This document shows positions 21,006 through 31,135 of a stretch of DNA of 64,000 nucleotides, in pieces. Source of the DNA: Flavobacteriaceae bacterium (GTDB taxonomy: Bacteria; Bacteroidota; Bacteroidia; Flavobacteriales; Flavobacteriaceae). The position numbers were made by a program, and so were the translations under genes. Below the pieces are notes generated by a model that was not told the DNA's origin, did no database searches, and was given only the letters and a program-made list of their open reading frames with translations. The stretch's first letter is position 1, and each line of letters starts with the position of its first letter. The stretch is taken from NCBI GenBank assembly GCA_965212205.1, contig CBDBUX010000018.1, positions 91,656 to 155,655 on the forward strand, written 5' to 3'.

Positions 21006-22274
21006 TCACAAATCGTATTGTTTAATTTTTCGGTACAGTGTACGTTCTGAGATGCCCAGTTCAGCTGCTGCCGCTTTGCGTTTCCCCCTATTCCGATCAA
21101 GAGATTTTTTAATCAGTTCAATCTCCTTTTCCTGCAATGACAAGGTCTCCTCTTCCTGGATCTCTTCGGCAAAACTGTATTTGTCTTCCTGCGGTGTTTC
21201 GTTCTCAGTTTTCCGCACTACACTGGTTTCGGGCAAAGGCAATACCTCTAGAGGCCGTTCTTCGGTTTTCATGGTATCGCCATTCTCACCATATATTTTC
21301 TTGATCAACCCCTCATGCTCCTGCTGTACTTGAGAGGAATCGTTGTTTTTAAGCAGTTCCAGAGTCAGTTTTTTAAGGTCGTTAAGGTCTCCCTTCATGT
21401 CGAAAAGTACCTTATATAGGATCTCCCTTTCATTGCTGAAGTCGTTTCTGGGACCTTCTTTTTCGATTACGGCTGGTAGCTGACTATCACCGGCACTTGG
21501 CAAATAACTATTTAGTGTCCCTATAGAGATAAAACGTTCTTCCTCCAGTACAGATATCTGCTCGGCTACATTCCTCAATTGCCTGATATTACCCGGCCAG
21601 CGATATTTGAGCAACAACTGTATAGCATCGTCGCCCAGTCTTATGGTGGGCATTTTGTATTTCTGGCTAAAATCCGATGCGAATTTGCGGAACAAAAGAT
21701 GGATATCCTGTTGCCGATCTCTGAGCGGTGGTATATTGATCTCTACTGTACTCAGTCTGTAATAAAGGTCTTCCCGGAATTTTCCTTTTTTGATGGCCTC
21801 CAGCATGTTCATATTCGTGGCCGCTACAATTCTCACATTGGTCTTTTGGACCTGAGAGGATCCTACTTTTAAAAATTCCCCGTTTTCCAGCACGCGCAAT
21901 AACCTTACCTGTGTGGTTAAAGGCAGTTCCCCGACCTCATCGAGAAAAATAGTACCCCCGTCGGCTACTTCGAAATATCCCCGACGGGTTTGAGTAGCGC
22001 CCGTAAAGGCTCCTTTTTCGTGTCCGAATAATTCACTGTCTATGGTGCCTTCGGGTATGGCCCCGCAGTTTACAGCGATATACTTTGCATGTTTCCTGTG
22101 CGATAAGGCATGGATGATCTTAGGAATAGCTTCCTTTCCAACACCACTTTCTCCGGTTACCAGTACCGAAATATCGGTGGGAGCCACCTGCATCGCCTTT
22201 TCGATGGCGCGATTTAGTTTGATATCGCTGCCGATAATCTCAAATCGTTGTTTTATAGCCTGTACGCTTTCCAT
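21006..22274 (-). CDS. Sigma-54-dependent transcriptional activator (bEBP) with no N-terminal sensory domain
   Basis: 422-aa ORF. The AAA+ core starts about residue 10 (Walker A GESGVGKE, GAFTGA present as EKGAFTGA, Walker B FLDEVGEL). C-terminal Fis-type HTH (AAAAELGISERTLYRKIKQY). Confidence 0.9.
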   Translation of the reverse strand: MESVQAIKQRFEIIGSDIKLNRAIEKAMQVAPTDISVLVTGESGVGKEAIPKIIHALSHRKHAKYIAVNCGAIPEGTIDSELFGHEKGAFTGATQTRRGYFEVADGGTIFLDEVGELPLTTQVRLLRVLENGEFLKVGSSQVQKTNVRIVAATNMNMLEAIKKGKFREDLYYRLSTVEINIPPLRDRQQDIHLLFRKFASDFSQKYKMPTIRLGDDAIQLLLKYRWPGNIRQLRNVAEQISVLEEERFISIGTLNSYLPSAGDSQLPAVIEKEGPRNDFSNEREILYKVLFDMKGDLNDLKKLTLELLKNNDSSQVQQEHEGLIKKIYGENGDTMKTEERPLEVLPLPETSVVRKTENETPQEDKYSFAEEIQEEETLSLQEKEIELIKKSLDRNRGKRKAAAAELGISERTLYRKIKQYDL

Positions 22275-22284
22275 CTAAAAATGT

Positions 22285-23721
22285 TTATGAATATCCCACG
22301 GCCTTCCCGATCAAAGTGGCCGAAGTACAGTTCTGGATGTGTACGTTTACGAAATCACCGGGTTGAAAATCTTCTTTCGGGAAAACCACCACCGTATTCT
22401 GTGAATTCCGGCCCATCCAATGATCGTCCGATTTTTTTGAAGTGGCTTCGATTAGAACTTCCTCCGTTTTGCCCAGATGCTGACGGGTACGGACTAGACT
22501 GTGTTTTTGCTGTAGGTCGATAATTTCTCGAAGTCTTCTGATCTTGGTTTCGTGCGGAATGTCATCTTCGAGCTTTCTTGCCGCCAATGTGCCTGGTCTT
22601 TCAGAATAGGCGAACATAAATCCAAAATCATATTTTACATGCTCCATCAAAGAGAGTGTGTCTTTGTGGTCCTGTTCAGATTCTCCCGGGAAACCAGCGA
22701 TCATATCCTGACTGATGGCACAATCGGGGATGATAGCCCTGATGTTATCGATGAGTTCAAAATATTCTGCGCGGGTATGTAAGCGGTTCATCTCCTTTAA
22801 GATCTTGTCGCTCCCACTCTGAACTGGGAGATGAATATAATTGCAAATATTCTGATAAGACGCCATGGTCTTTATCACATCAAGAGTCATGTCCTGCGGG
22901 TTGGAAGTCGAAAACCGAATCCTCATCCCAGGTTGCGCTTCGGCCACCAATTTCAATAAACCGGAAAAATCTACCGATGTGGCTTTTTGAAGCTCTGAAG
23001 CTTTTTCATAATCTTTTTTCAGTCCTCCTCCATACCATAAATAACTGTCCACGTTCTGGCCCAACAGCGTTACTTCTTTAAAGCCACGATCCCAAAGTTC
23101 GTTAACCTCTTTCACTATAGATTGTGGATCTCTGCTTCTTTCGCGGCCTCTAGTAAAAGGCACCACACAAAAAGTGCACATATTATCACAGCCTCGTGTA
23201 ATCGAAACAAAGGCGGTTACCCCATTGCTATTCAGACGAACTGGCGCGATATCCCCATAGGTTTCCTCCTTGGAGAGTATAACGTTGACGGCCTGCCTTC
23301 CATCATCGATTTCCCTTATAAGATTTGGAAGATCTTTGTAGGCATCGGGGCCTACGACCATGTCTACTATTTTTTCCTCTTCGAGCAACTGACTTTTCAA
23401 CCGCTCGGCCATACAACCCAGTACCCCAACCTTCATCTGAGGCTTATTCTTTTTAACCGCATTGAATTTTTCCAGCCGCTTACGAACGGTCGTTTCAGCC
23501 TTTTCGCGTATAGAACAGGTATTTACCAGCACCAGATCGGCCTCCTCCAGTATTTGTGTGGTATCGAACCCCTCTCTGGCCAATATTGAGGCCACAATCT
23601 CGCTGTCCGAAAAATTCATCTGACAGCCATAACTTTCTATATATAGTTTTCTGGGGCCATGTTGATGGTTTTCAAGAACCAGGGCCGACCCCTGTATAGC
23701 TTCATCAATTACTTTTTCCAT
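22285..23721 (-). CDS. miaB: tRNA-2-methylthio-N6-dimethylallyladenosine synthase MiaB
   Basis: 478-aa ORF with a UPF0004 N-terminal domain ([10 protein letters not shown]), a radical-SAM [11 protein letters not shown] motif and a C-terminal TRAM domain. Confidence 0.95.
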   Translation of the reverse strand: MEKVIDEAIQGSALVLENHQHGPRKLYIESYGCQMNFSDSEIVASILAREGFDTTQILEEADLVLVNTCSIREKAETTVRKRLEKFNAVKKNKPQMKVGVLGCMAERLKSQLLEEEKIVDMVVGPDAYKDLPNLIREIDDGRQAVNVILSKEETYGDIAPVRLNSNGVTAFVSITRGCDNMCTFCVVPFTRGRERSRDPQSIVKEVNELWDRGFKEVTLLGQNVDSYLWYGGGLKKDYEKASELQKATSVDFSGLLKLVAEAQPGMRIRFSTSNPQDMTLDVIKTMASYQNICNYIHLPVQSGSDKILKEMNRLHTRAEYFELIDNIRAIIPDCAISQDMIAGFPGESEQDHKDTLSLMEHVKYDFGFMFAYSERPGTLAARKLEDDIPHETKIRRLREIIDLQQKHSLVRTRQHLGKTEEVLIEATSKKSDDHWMGRNSQNTVVVFPKEDFQPGDFVNVHIQNCTSATLIGKAVGYS

Positions 23722-23880
23722 AGTCTTCTAACTCTTAAAGGAGAAGGATTCGCAAAGATAGACGATTCTCTGTTTTTATGACAATTTGACAGTTAAATTT
23801 TGCTCAAAGTTTACGCAACTTGTAGCTTTGCCACGTATCTTTCGGGAAACAGCCCTATAACCTTATTAATAAAGCAAGCT

Positions 23881-25125
23881 ATGAAAAGAAGTATCCCCTA
23901 TCTATTATTGATCCTTATACTTGGCCTATCGTCCTGCGAGGATAAAGGCCAGGATGATTTACAGGAATATCTTATCGCCGTCCCGATTACTATGTCAACG
24001 GAGGACTTTAGAAATAGTGTAGACATCATAAGTCCGCTACCTATCCAGGAATCAGGAAAAATATACGCCTATCAGCAATTGTTATTTGTAAACGACAAGC
24101 ATCTGGGAATTCACATAATCGATAACAGCAATCCGGCAAGCCCTCAAAAAAAGGCTTTTATTAAAATTCCGGGTAATGTTGATATTGCTGTGAAGAACAA
24201 CTATCTCTATGCAGACAGTATTAGAGATTTGCTGGTTTTTGATATTTCAGATATTAATAATATCAGCTTGGTGAACCGTTTGGAAAATGTATTAAAAGAT
24301 AACATCGCCTGGCCTTTTGAAGCGGATTTCGTGGATTATAACGGTTTTGGAAATGGAGACGTACTTGTGGGTTGGGAGTTGCAGACAGAACGGCTTAGCC
24401 AGAGTGAGTTTGAAAGTCGATTTGGAATTTTAGAGGGTAGTCCGGCCTTTGAAAATGCAACTACAGATGATTCTTCGGGTCAGGGAGGATCTTTGGCCAG
24501 ATTTAAAATAGTCGATAATTACCTCTATGCAGTAGACAGTCATTTTATCAACATCTTTGAGATCAGCGATTTGTCTGATCCAAAAGATATGGAAGATGTA
24601 TACGCGGGTTTCGATATCGAGACGATCTTTAACAGAGGTTCATACCTGTTTTTAGGCAGTATGCGCGGAATGTATATCTATGATATTTCTAATCCTTCTA
24701 TTCCTGAATTTGTTTCGGAATTCCAACATGGGACCGCCTGTGACCCTGTAGTGGTCGATGAAAATTATGCCTATGTAACCCTAAGAGGTGGAAATAACTG
24801 CGGGGCACTCGAGAGCGGACTATTTATCGTGGATATTTCCGATATCAGCAATCCCGAACTGGCCATAAGCTATCCGATGGATGAACCTTACGGCCTTGGC
24901 ATTAAAGGCGATCAGCTTTTTGTCTGTGATGGAAGTTCAGGGTTGAAAGTATACGACAAAAGCAATATAGAGGATCTTGTGTCCCTGGATCACTTTAAGG
25001 ATATAGTAACCTTCGATGTTATACCCCTGGAAACTACCTTATTAATGGTAGGTGAAGAGGTGCTTTATCAATATGTTTATTCGGAAGACGGCCTTGATCT
25101 CCTGAGTCGTCTCGATCTTAATTGA
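23881..25125 (+). CDS. LVIVD-repeat beta-propeller lipoprotein
   Basis: The ATG at 23881 gives MKRSIPYLLLILILGLSSCEDKG. Repeated LVIVD-type strands: LLVFDISD, INIFEISD, MYIYDISN, LFIVDISD, LKVYDKSN. Confidence 0.75.
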   Translation: MKRSIPYLLLILILGLSSCEDKGQDDLQEYLIAVPITMSTEDFRNSVDIISPLPIQESGKIYAYQQLLFVNDKHLGIHIIDNSNPASPQKKAFIKIPGNVDIAVKNNYLYADSIRDLLVFDISDINNISLVNRLENVLKDNIAWPFEADFVDYNGFGNGDVLVGWELQTERLSQSEFESRFGILEGSPAFENATTDDSSGQGGSLARFKIVDNYLYAVDSHFINIFEISDLSDPKDMEDVYAGFDIETIFNRGSYLFLGSMRGMYIYDISNPSIPEFVSEFQHGTACDPVVVDENYAYVTLRGGNNCGALESGLFIVDISDISNPELAISYPMDEPYGLGIKGDQLFVCDGSSGLKVYDKSNIEDLVSLDHFKDIVTFDVIPLETTLLMVGEEVLYQYVYSEDGLDLLSRLDLN

Positions 25126-25149
25126 TAGCCCTCCATACATAACAAAAAT

Positions 25150-25177
25150 ACCCCTTATCCGAGGGGTGTTTTTTATT
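25150..25177 (+). terminator. Intrinsic terminator after the LVIVD gene
   Basis: ACCCCT-TATCCG-AGGGGT followed by GTTTTTTATT. Confidence 0.7.
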
Positions 25178-25217
25178 GTCCAGATTTCCACTGCAAAGTC
25201 AAATAAAAAAATTCACA

Positions 25218-25225
25218 TACTTTTG
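25218..25225 (+). promoter_or_regulatory. Candidate Bacteroidota -7 promoter box for topA
   Basis: TACTTTTG matches TAnnTTTG exactly, 19 nt before the topA ATG. No convincing -33 TTTG was seen. Confidence 0.35.
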
Positions 25226-25244
25226 TTCTCTCAAAAACCTATGA

Positions 25245-27725
25245 ATGGCTAGAAATTTAGTAATAGTTGAATCGCCGGCAAAGGCGAGGACCATTGAGAA
25301 ATTTTTAGGTAAGGATTTCAAAGTAGAATCGAGCTTTGGGCATATTGCCGACCTTCCCACCAAAGAATTAGGGGTTGATGTTGAGAACAACTTCAAACCC
25401 AAATATATAGTTGACAAGGAAAAAAAAGTCCTGGTAAAAAAACTCAGGGATCTGGCCAGCAAATCGGAAACGATCTGGCTCGCCAGTGATGAGGACCGGG
25501 AAGGAGAGGCCATCTCATGGCACCTTATGGAGACCTTGAACCTCGACAGAGATAAAACGAAAAGGATTGTTTTTAACTCAATTACCAAAAAGGCAATTCA
25601 GAAAGCGATCGATAATCCGAGGGAGATCGACTATAACCTTGTAAATGCTCAACAAGCACGTCGAGTTCTTGATCGTTTAGTGGGTTATGAGCTTTCGCCG
25701 GTATTATGGAAAAAAATTAAACCGGGGCTATCTGCAGGCCGGGTTCAGTCGGTTGCAGTCCGGCTGATCGTTGAACGGGAACGTCAGATCGAAGCCTTTT
25801 CCCCACAGGCATCATTCCGCGTGGTGGCCGAGTTCGCTACTGCAGAGGGAATTGTCTTTAAGGCAAAACTCCAATCTACCTTCGCCACTGCGGTTGAAGC
25901 CAGGGATTTTCTGAGTAAGAACATCGGTGCAGCATATCAGGTGGCAGAACTCGATAAGAAACCTGCAACAAAATCGCCGGCAGCGCCATTTACCACTTCC
26001 ACACTGCAGCAGGAGGCTTCGAGAAAACTGTTTTACTCGGTCTCCAGGACCATGCAGGTAGCACAGCGATTGTACGAAGCCGGACTCATTACTTATATGA
26101 GGACCGATAGCGTAAACCTTAGCGGTGAAGCTATCCAGGCTGCTAAAAACATGATCGAGGATACCTATGGTGAGCAATACAGTAAGGTAAGAAACTATAA
26201 GGGCAAGGCCAAAGGGGCTCAGGAAGCCCATGAAGCGATTCGACCTACGGAAATGTCGAACCAGAACCCAGCGTTGGAAGCAGACCAATCTAAATTATAT
26301 GACCTGATCTGGAAGCGAACAATTGCTTCTCAAATGAGCGATGCCAAGCTGGAACGAACCAATATGAAGATTAAGGCCAATGCCTTTGATGAACTATATT
26401 CGGCCCAGGGAGAGGTGATCACTTTTGATGGTTTTCTAAAAGTCTATCTGGAAGGAAAGGACGAGGAAGACCTTGAAGAACAACAGGGCGTTTTACCGGC
26501 TGTTAAGCTTGGCGAATCTCTTGATAACAAATATGTTACCGCCACCCAAAGGTTCACCAGGGCTCCGTATCGATATACGGAAGCGACCCTGGTAAAGAAA
26601 TTGGAGGAATTGGGTATTGGACGGCCATCTACTTATGCCCCTACTATATCGACCATTCAGAACCGTGGTTATGTTGAAAAAGGTACTGTGGAGGGAAAAG
26701 AACGACCCTATACTCAGCTGCAATTACAAAATGGATCGATACAGGAAAGTACATTAACAGAACTCGTTGGATCCGATAAAGGTAAACTGGTACCCTCTGA
26801 TATCGGTATGATCGTCAATGATTTCCTGGTGAGCCATTTCGCCAATATCCTGGACTATAATTTTACAGCACAGGTAGAAAAGGATTTCGATGAAATCGCA
26901 ACAGGCGACGAAGACTGGCAGAAGGTGATGAAGGATTTCTATAAGGACTTTCATCCCAACGTGATCGATGTTGAAGAAAATGCTGAAAGGGCCAGCGGTG
27001 AAAGAGTTTTGGGTACAGATCCCGACACAGGGCGGCAAGTGGCAGTTCGTCTGGGTAAATTTGGGCCGATGGTCCAGATCGGAACTGTAGAAGAAGAGGA
27101 AAAGCCGCTTTTTGCTAGCCTTTTGCCCGATCAATCCCTTAATACCATATCCTTTGAGGAGGCGATGGAACTATTTGAATTACCGAGAAAGCTTGGTAAA
27201 TATAAGGACGAAGAAGTAGAAGCCAATGTTGGCAGATACGGACCATATATAAGGTATGGAAAGAAATTCGTATCCCTGGACAAGGGCGAGAGCGCCTTTG
27301 AGGTTGATATGGAAAGAGCCCTGGAACTTATTAAGGCTAAGGAAGTTGCCGATGCCCCCATTGCGGTATATATGGAGAAAGATGTATCTAAAGGGAAAGG
27401 TAGATTTGGACCTTTTATAAAGTGGGATGGTATGTTTATCAATGTCAATAAAAAATATGATTTTGATAACCTTAGTCAGGCAGATATCGAAGAATTAATC
27501 GAGGCCAAATTAAAGAAAGAGGCCGAAAAACTGGTAAAAGAATGGCCCGAGGAAAACATCAGAATTGAAAAAGCACGTTGGGGGCGGCATAATCTGATTA
27601 AAGGAAGGACCAAAGTGGAATTGAGCAAGGATGTAGATGTTGAATCCCTGACTCTCGAACAGGCCAAAGAACGACTGGGAAGTAAAAAGAAAAAACGTAC
27701 TGGCAAACAAAAAGGAACAACTTAA
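25245..27725 (+). CDS. topA: DNA topoisomerase I
   Basis: 826-aa ORF with a TOPRIM N-terminus (LVIVESPAKARTIEKFLG), the active-site region LITYMRTDS and a Lys-rich C-terminal tail. Confidence 0.97.
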   Translation: MARNLVIVESPAKARTIEKFLGKDFKVESSFGHIADLPTKELGVDVENNFKPKYIVDKEKKVLVKKLRDLASKSETIWLASDEDREGEAISWHLMETLNLDRDKTKRIVFNSITKKAIQKAIDNPREIDYNLVNAQQARRVLDRLVGYELSPVLWKKIKPGLSAGRVQSVAVRLIVERERQIEAFSPQASFRVVAEFATAEGIVFKAKLQSTFATAVEARDFLSKNIGAAYQVAELDKKPATKSPAAPFTTSTLQQEASRKLFYSVSRTMQVAQRLYEAGLITYMRTDSVNLSGEAIQAAKNMIEDTYGEQYSKVRNYKGKAKGAQEAHEAIRPTEMSNQNPALEADQSKLYDLIWKRTIASQMSDAKLERTNMKIKANAFDELYSAQGEVITFDGFLKVYLEGKDEEDLEEQQGVLPAVKLGESLDNKYVTATQRFTRAPYRYTEATLVKKLEELGIGRPSTYAPTISTIQNRGYVEKGTVEGKERPYTQLQLQNGSIQESTLTELVGSDKGKLVPSDIGMIVNDFLVSHFANILDYNFTAQVEKDFDEIATGDEDWQKVMKDFYKDFHPNVIDVEENAERASGERVLGTDPDTGRQVAVRLGKFGPMVQIGTVEEEEKPLFASLLPDQSLNTISFEEAMELFELPRKLGKYKDEEVEANVGRYGPYIRYGKKFVSLDKGESAFEVDMERALELIKAKEVADAPIAVYMEKDVSKGKGRFGPFIKWDGMFINVNKKYDFDNLSQADIEELIEAKLKKEAEKLVKEWPEENIRIEKARWGRHNLIKGRTKVELSKDVDVESLTLEQAKERLGSKKKKRTGKQKGTT

Positions 27726-27727
27726 GC

Positions 27728-28882
27728 ATGGCTTTCGATTTTTTGGTACCGGTAGATGACAAAGTGCTGGCTCATTGCGAGTTGCTTCCGCCACAGGCCC
27801 TTGGAAATCAAATTCAAAAACATACTTCAAAGAAAGGGCTCCCGGTATTGGCGATGTCTTCCTTTGCGATTTTAGGGGTGCACGAATCGCGAAATGCGTT
27901 CATAAAAAAACCGGAACAACTCGATATCAACGCAATTCGACTAGAGCTCTATAAATTGATGTCGGGGAATTGGAGCACTACCACTGTAGATCTTGGCGAT
28001 GTGGAAGAAGGAGAGAAGGTAGAGGATACCTATTATGTGGTTAAAGAAATTGTGACTGCGCTTTTGGAAGAAGATGTCATTCCGATTATCATTGGGGCTA
28101 CCCAGGATATAACATTTCCCGTTTACCGGGGCTTTGATGAAATAAGGAATATGGTAAACCTGGTCTCGGTCGACAGTCGTTTCGATTTTGGAGCAGAAGA
28201 AGAGTTGATTTCTTCGCATTCCTATATGAGTAAAATCATTACCGATAAACCCAATAATCTCTTCAACTTTTCGAACCTGGGCTTTCAGAGTTACTTCAAT
28301 GCTCAGGAAGAAATGGACCTGATGGAGAGACTTTTTTTCGATGCGTATCGGCTCGGAGATATCGTTGCAGACATATCGCTGGCAGAACCGGTATTGCGCA
28401 ATGCGCACATCGTAAGTATAGATGCCAGGGCCGTTATGGCAGGTTATCAGGGCGGTTCATCGAATTTTTCTCCCAATGGATTTAACGGAAGGGAAATCTG
28501 CGCAATATCGCGCTACGCCGGGATGGGGGATAATATTTCAGCTTTTGGAATATTTGAATGTGAAAATCACCCTCAGTCGTTTCAGCTGACCGCTCAAATT
28601 ATATGGTATTTCATTGAAGGTCAAAACATAAGGGTAGACGAGTTCCCTGCCGGCGATGATTCTAATTTTACCAAGTTCATCGTACCTACGGAGACCGAGG
28701 AACTGATCTTTTATAAAAGTCTCCTTTCAGAAAGATGGTGGGTAGAAGTTCCTTCAATTTTGCCCCTGCATAATAAAACCAATACACCTGCGTTATTACC
28801 ATGCACCGAAAAGGACTATTTGGATGCGTGTAATCAAAATATTCCCGACCGGTGGTTTAAAGCCTATAAAAAAGGTTTTTAA
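27728..28882 (+). CDS. Arginase/formiminoglutamase-fold protein with degenerate metal-ligand motifs
   Basis: 384-aa ORF starting 2 nt after the topA stop. Fold-typical blocks are present (FAILGVHES, DLGDV, FGIFECENHP), but the ligand blocks read GATQD, VDSRFD and SIDARAVM. See findings. Confidence 0.7.
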   Translation: MAFDFLVPVDDKVLAHCELLPPQALGNQIQKHTSKKGLPVLAMSSFAILGVHESRNAFIKKPEQLDINAIRLELYKLMSGNWSTTTVDLGDVEEGEKVEDTYYVVKEIVTALLEEDVIPIIIGATQDITFPVYRGFDEIRNMVNLVSVDSRFDFGAEEELISSHSYMSKIITDKPNNLFNFSNLGFQSYFNAQEEMDLMERLFFDAYRLGDIVADISLAEPVLRNAHIVSIDARAVMAGYQGGSSNFSPNGFNGREICAISRYAGMGDNISAFGIFECENHPQSFQLTAQIIWYFIEGQNIRVDEFPAGDDSNFTKFIVPTETEELIFYKSLLSERWWVEVPSILPLHNKTNTPALLPCTEKDYLDACNQNIPDRWFKAYKKGF

Positions 28883-29003
28883 GCCAAATCAACAAATTGA
28901 ACGTATAGGCAGTTTTATACAATAAAATCGGTAAAATTCAGTTTTAGTGAATAATACCATTGTCATTACTGTTTATTGTCTAAATCGAAATTTAACCTAA
29001 AGT

Positions 29004-30359
29004 ATGAAGAAGCTATTGTTGTCCTCTGTAGCCCTCGTGTTTTTACTCAGTAGTTGTGGGTCTAAAACTCAGGGAGAACTCGTAGGTGTACAAGGAAAAA
29101 AGTGGTACCCAGAAAAACCTTATGGGATGGAATTAATTCCCCGGGGTTCATTTATTATGGGTAAGAGTGAGGAGGATATGGCCCAGGTGCAGAATGCTCC
29201 CACCAGAACGGTTACGGTCCGTTCATTTTATATGGACGATACCGAAATAACCAATAGTGAATATCGCCAGTTTGTGGAATGGGTTAAGGACTCCATCGTG
29301 AGAACTAAACTCGCTATCCTTGCCGATGAACTCGGAATGGGACCAGACGACGGCGGGATCGGAGAATTTGCCTTCAGGGATGCCGATACCACAAATATGT
29401 CTGTGTACGACCAGTACATGTTAGATAATTATGCGGGTATGGGTGAAACCGGTTATGAAGGTAGAGCCCTTAATAAAGATGAAGATCTTGTTTGGGATAC
29501 GTCGGATTACCCGGATGAATACTATACCGAGGTGATGGATTCGGTCTATATCCCCGAAGAAGAATCCTATAATGGTCAGCGCACTATCGATGTAACTCAG
29601 TTGAATTACAGATATAACTGGATGGATATCGAAGCTGCTGCCAGGTCTCAATCGGCCAGGAGAAAAGATTTCATCAGACAGGAGATCACTCAGATCTATC
29701 CGGATACTACAGTCTGGATCAGAGATTTTGAGTATTCTTATAACGAACCAATGCATAACGACTATTTCTGGCACGATGCCTATAGCGATTATCCTGTTGT
29801 AGGAGTTTCGTGGACACAGGCCAAAGCGTTTTGTAACTGGAGAACAAAATTTAAGAACGACGATCAGAAAGATCGAGGCAAGCAATTTGTAAATCAGTTC
29901 CGTTTACCTACTGAAGCGGAATGGGAATATGCTGCCCGAGGTGGAATCGAAGGAGGAACCTATCCGTGGGGAGGACCTTATGTCATTAGTGACACAGGTT
30001 GCTTCATGGCCAACTTCAAACCTCAAAGAGGTGATTATGCAGCCGATGCTGCACTCTACACCGTAGAAGCCAAATCTTACGAACCTAACGACTTTAACCT
30101 GTATAATATGGCAGGTAATGTATCGGAGTGGACCAATTCGAGTTATGATCCTGGTTCATATGAGTACTTTTCTACTATGAATCCTAACGGGCGCGAACAA
30201 GGAAATGCGCGAAAAGTGATTCGTGGTGGTTCATGGAAAGATGTCGCTTACTTCCTACAGGTAAGTACAAGAGACTATGAGTACAGGGATTCGGCAAGAA
30301 GCTATATCGGATTCAGAACGGTACAGGATTATATGGGTGAAGAAGATTCAACTCAATAA
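29004..30359 (+). CDS. gldK: T9SS/gliding motility lipoprotein GldK (PorK family, FGE-sulfatase fold)
   Basis: 451-aa ORF with lipobox LLSSCGS and SUMF1/FGE-type motifs (FYMDDTEITNSEY, VVGVSWTQAKAFCNW, RLPTEAEWEYAARGG, NVSEWT, RGGSW). First gene of the gldKLMN order. Confidence 0.93.
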   Translation: MKKLLLSSVALVFLLSSCGSKTQGELVGVQGKKWYPEKPYGMELIPRGSFIMGKSEEDMAQVQNAPTRTVTVRSFYMDDTEITNSEYRQFVEWVKDSIVRTKLAILADELGMGPDDGGIGEFAFRDADTTNMSVYDQYMLDNYAGMGETGYEGRALNKDEDLVWDTSDYPDEYYTEVMDSVYIPEEESYNGQRTIDVTQLNYRYNWMDIEAAARSQSARRKDFIRQEITQIYPDTTVWIRDFEYSYNEPMHNDYFWHDAYSDYPVVGVSWTQAKAFCNWRTKFKNDDQKDRGKQFVNQFRLPTEAEWEYAARGGIEGGTYPWGGPYVISDTGCFMANFKPQRGDYAADAALYTVEAKSYEPNDFNLYNMAGNVSEWTNSSYDPGSYEYFSTMNPNGREQGNARKVIRGGSWKDVAYFLQVSTRDYEYRDSARSYIGFRTVQDYMGEEDSTQ

Positions 30360-30434
30360 TCAACTATATTAAATACCATAAACCTTTTAACCAAATACTT
30401 TAAATAACTTTAAACTTAAATTAAATCTAGAATT

Positions 30435-31082
30435 ATGGCACAGTCAAAATCAACAAAAAAATTATTTAATATGGCCTACGGGCTCGGCGCCTCGGTGGTG
30501 ATCATCGGTGCGTTGTTTAAAATCCTTCACTGGGAATTCGGTCCACTTACAGGTGGTTTGCTTCTTGCTGTTGGATTGATTACCGAAGCACTTATTTTTG
30601 CGATCAGCGCCTTTGAACCAGTAGACGACGAATATGATTGGTCTTTGGTTTATCCAGAACTTTCTGGTGGTATGACCAGAGGTAAGACCGATGCTCAGGA
30701 AGCTCAGGAAGCCGAAGGATTGCTTTCAAGGAAATTAGACGATCTATTAAAGGAAGCTAACATCGATGCAGAATTGATGGGCAGCCTTGGAGATAGCATC
30801 CGTAACTTCGAAGAAACTGCCAAAGGTATGGTACCTTCTTCTGAGGCGGTAGAGTCTACCAGAAAGTACTCTGAAGAAATGTCACAGGCCGCTACTCAAA
30901 TGGAGTCTTTGAACAGCCTTTATAAGGTTCAGCTTGAAAGCGCCAGCAAACAAGCTTCTATCAACGAAGAAGTTGTTCAGAACGCAGGAGCCCTGAAAGA
31001 TCAAATGGAGTCTCTTGCCTCTAACCTTTCTTCATTGAATGGCGTTTACGGAGGTATGTTAACCGCTATGAACCGTAACTAA
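30435..31082 (+). CDS. gldL: T9SS/gliding motor protein GldL (PorL family)
   Basis: 215-aa ORF with two N-terminal TM helices, including an acidic residue in helix 2 (GLITEALIFAISAFEP), and a cytoplasmic coiled-coil tail. Confidence 0.93.
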   Translation: MAQSKSTKKLFNMAYGLGASVVIIGALFKILHWEFGPLTGGLLLAVGLITEALIFAISAFEPVDDEYDWSLVYPELSGGMTRGKTDAQEAQEAEGLLSRKLDDLLKEANIDAELMGSLGDSIRNFEETAKGMVPSSEAVESTRKYSEEMSQAATQMESLNSLYKVQLESASKQASINEEVVQNAGALKDQMESLASNLSSLNGVYGGMLTAMNRN

Positions 31083-31135
31083 TTAGTTCAGTTCGACACC
31101 CAAATCAAATTATTAATTAATAACTAATTAGAAAC

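Noticed and set aside
25199-25588. 129-aa minus-strand ORF over the topA 5' end. Similar antisense ORFs lie in topA, gldK (29421-29885) and the arginase-fold gene (27941-28408).
   Set aside because: They are antisense to strongly supported genes and have no family features.
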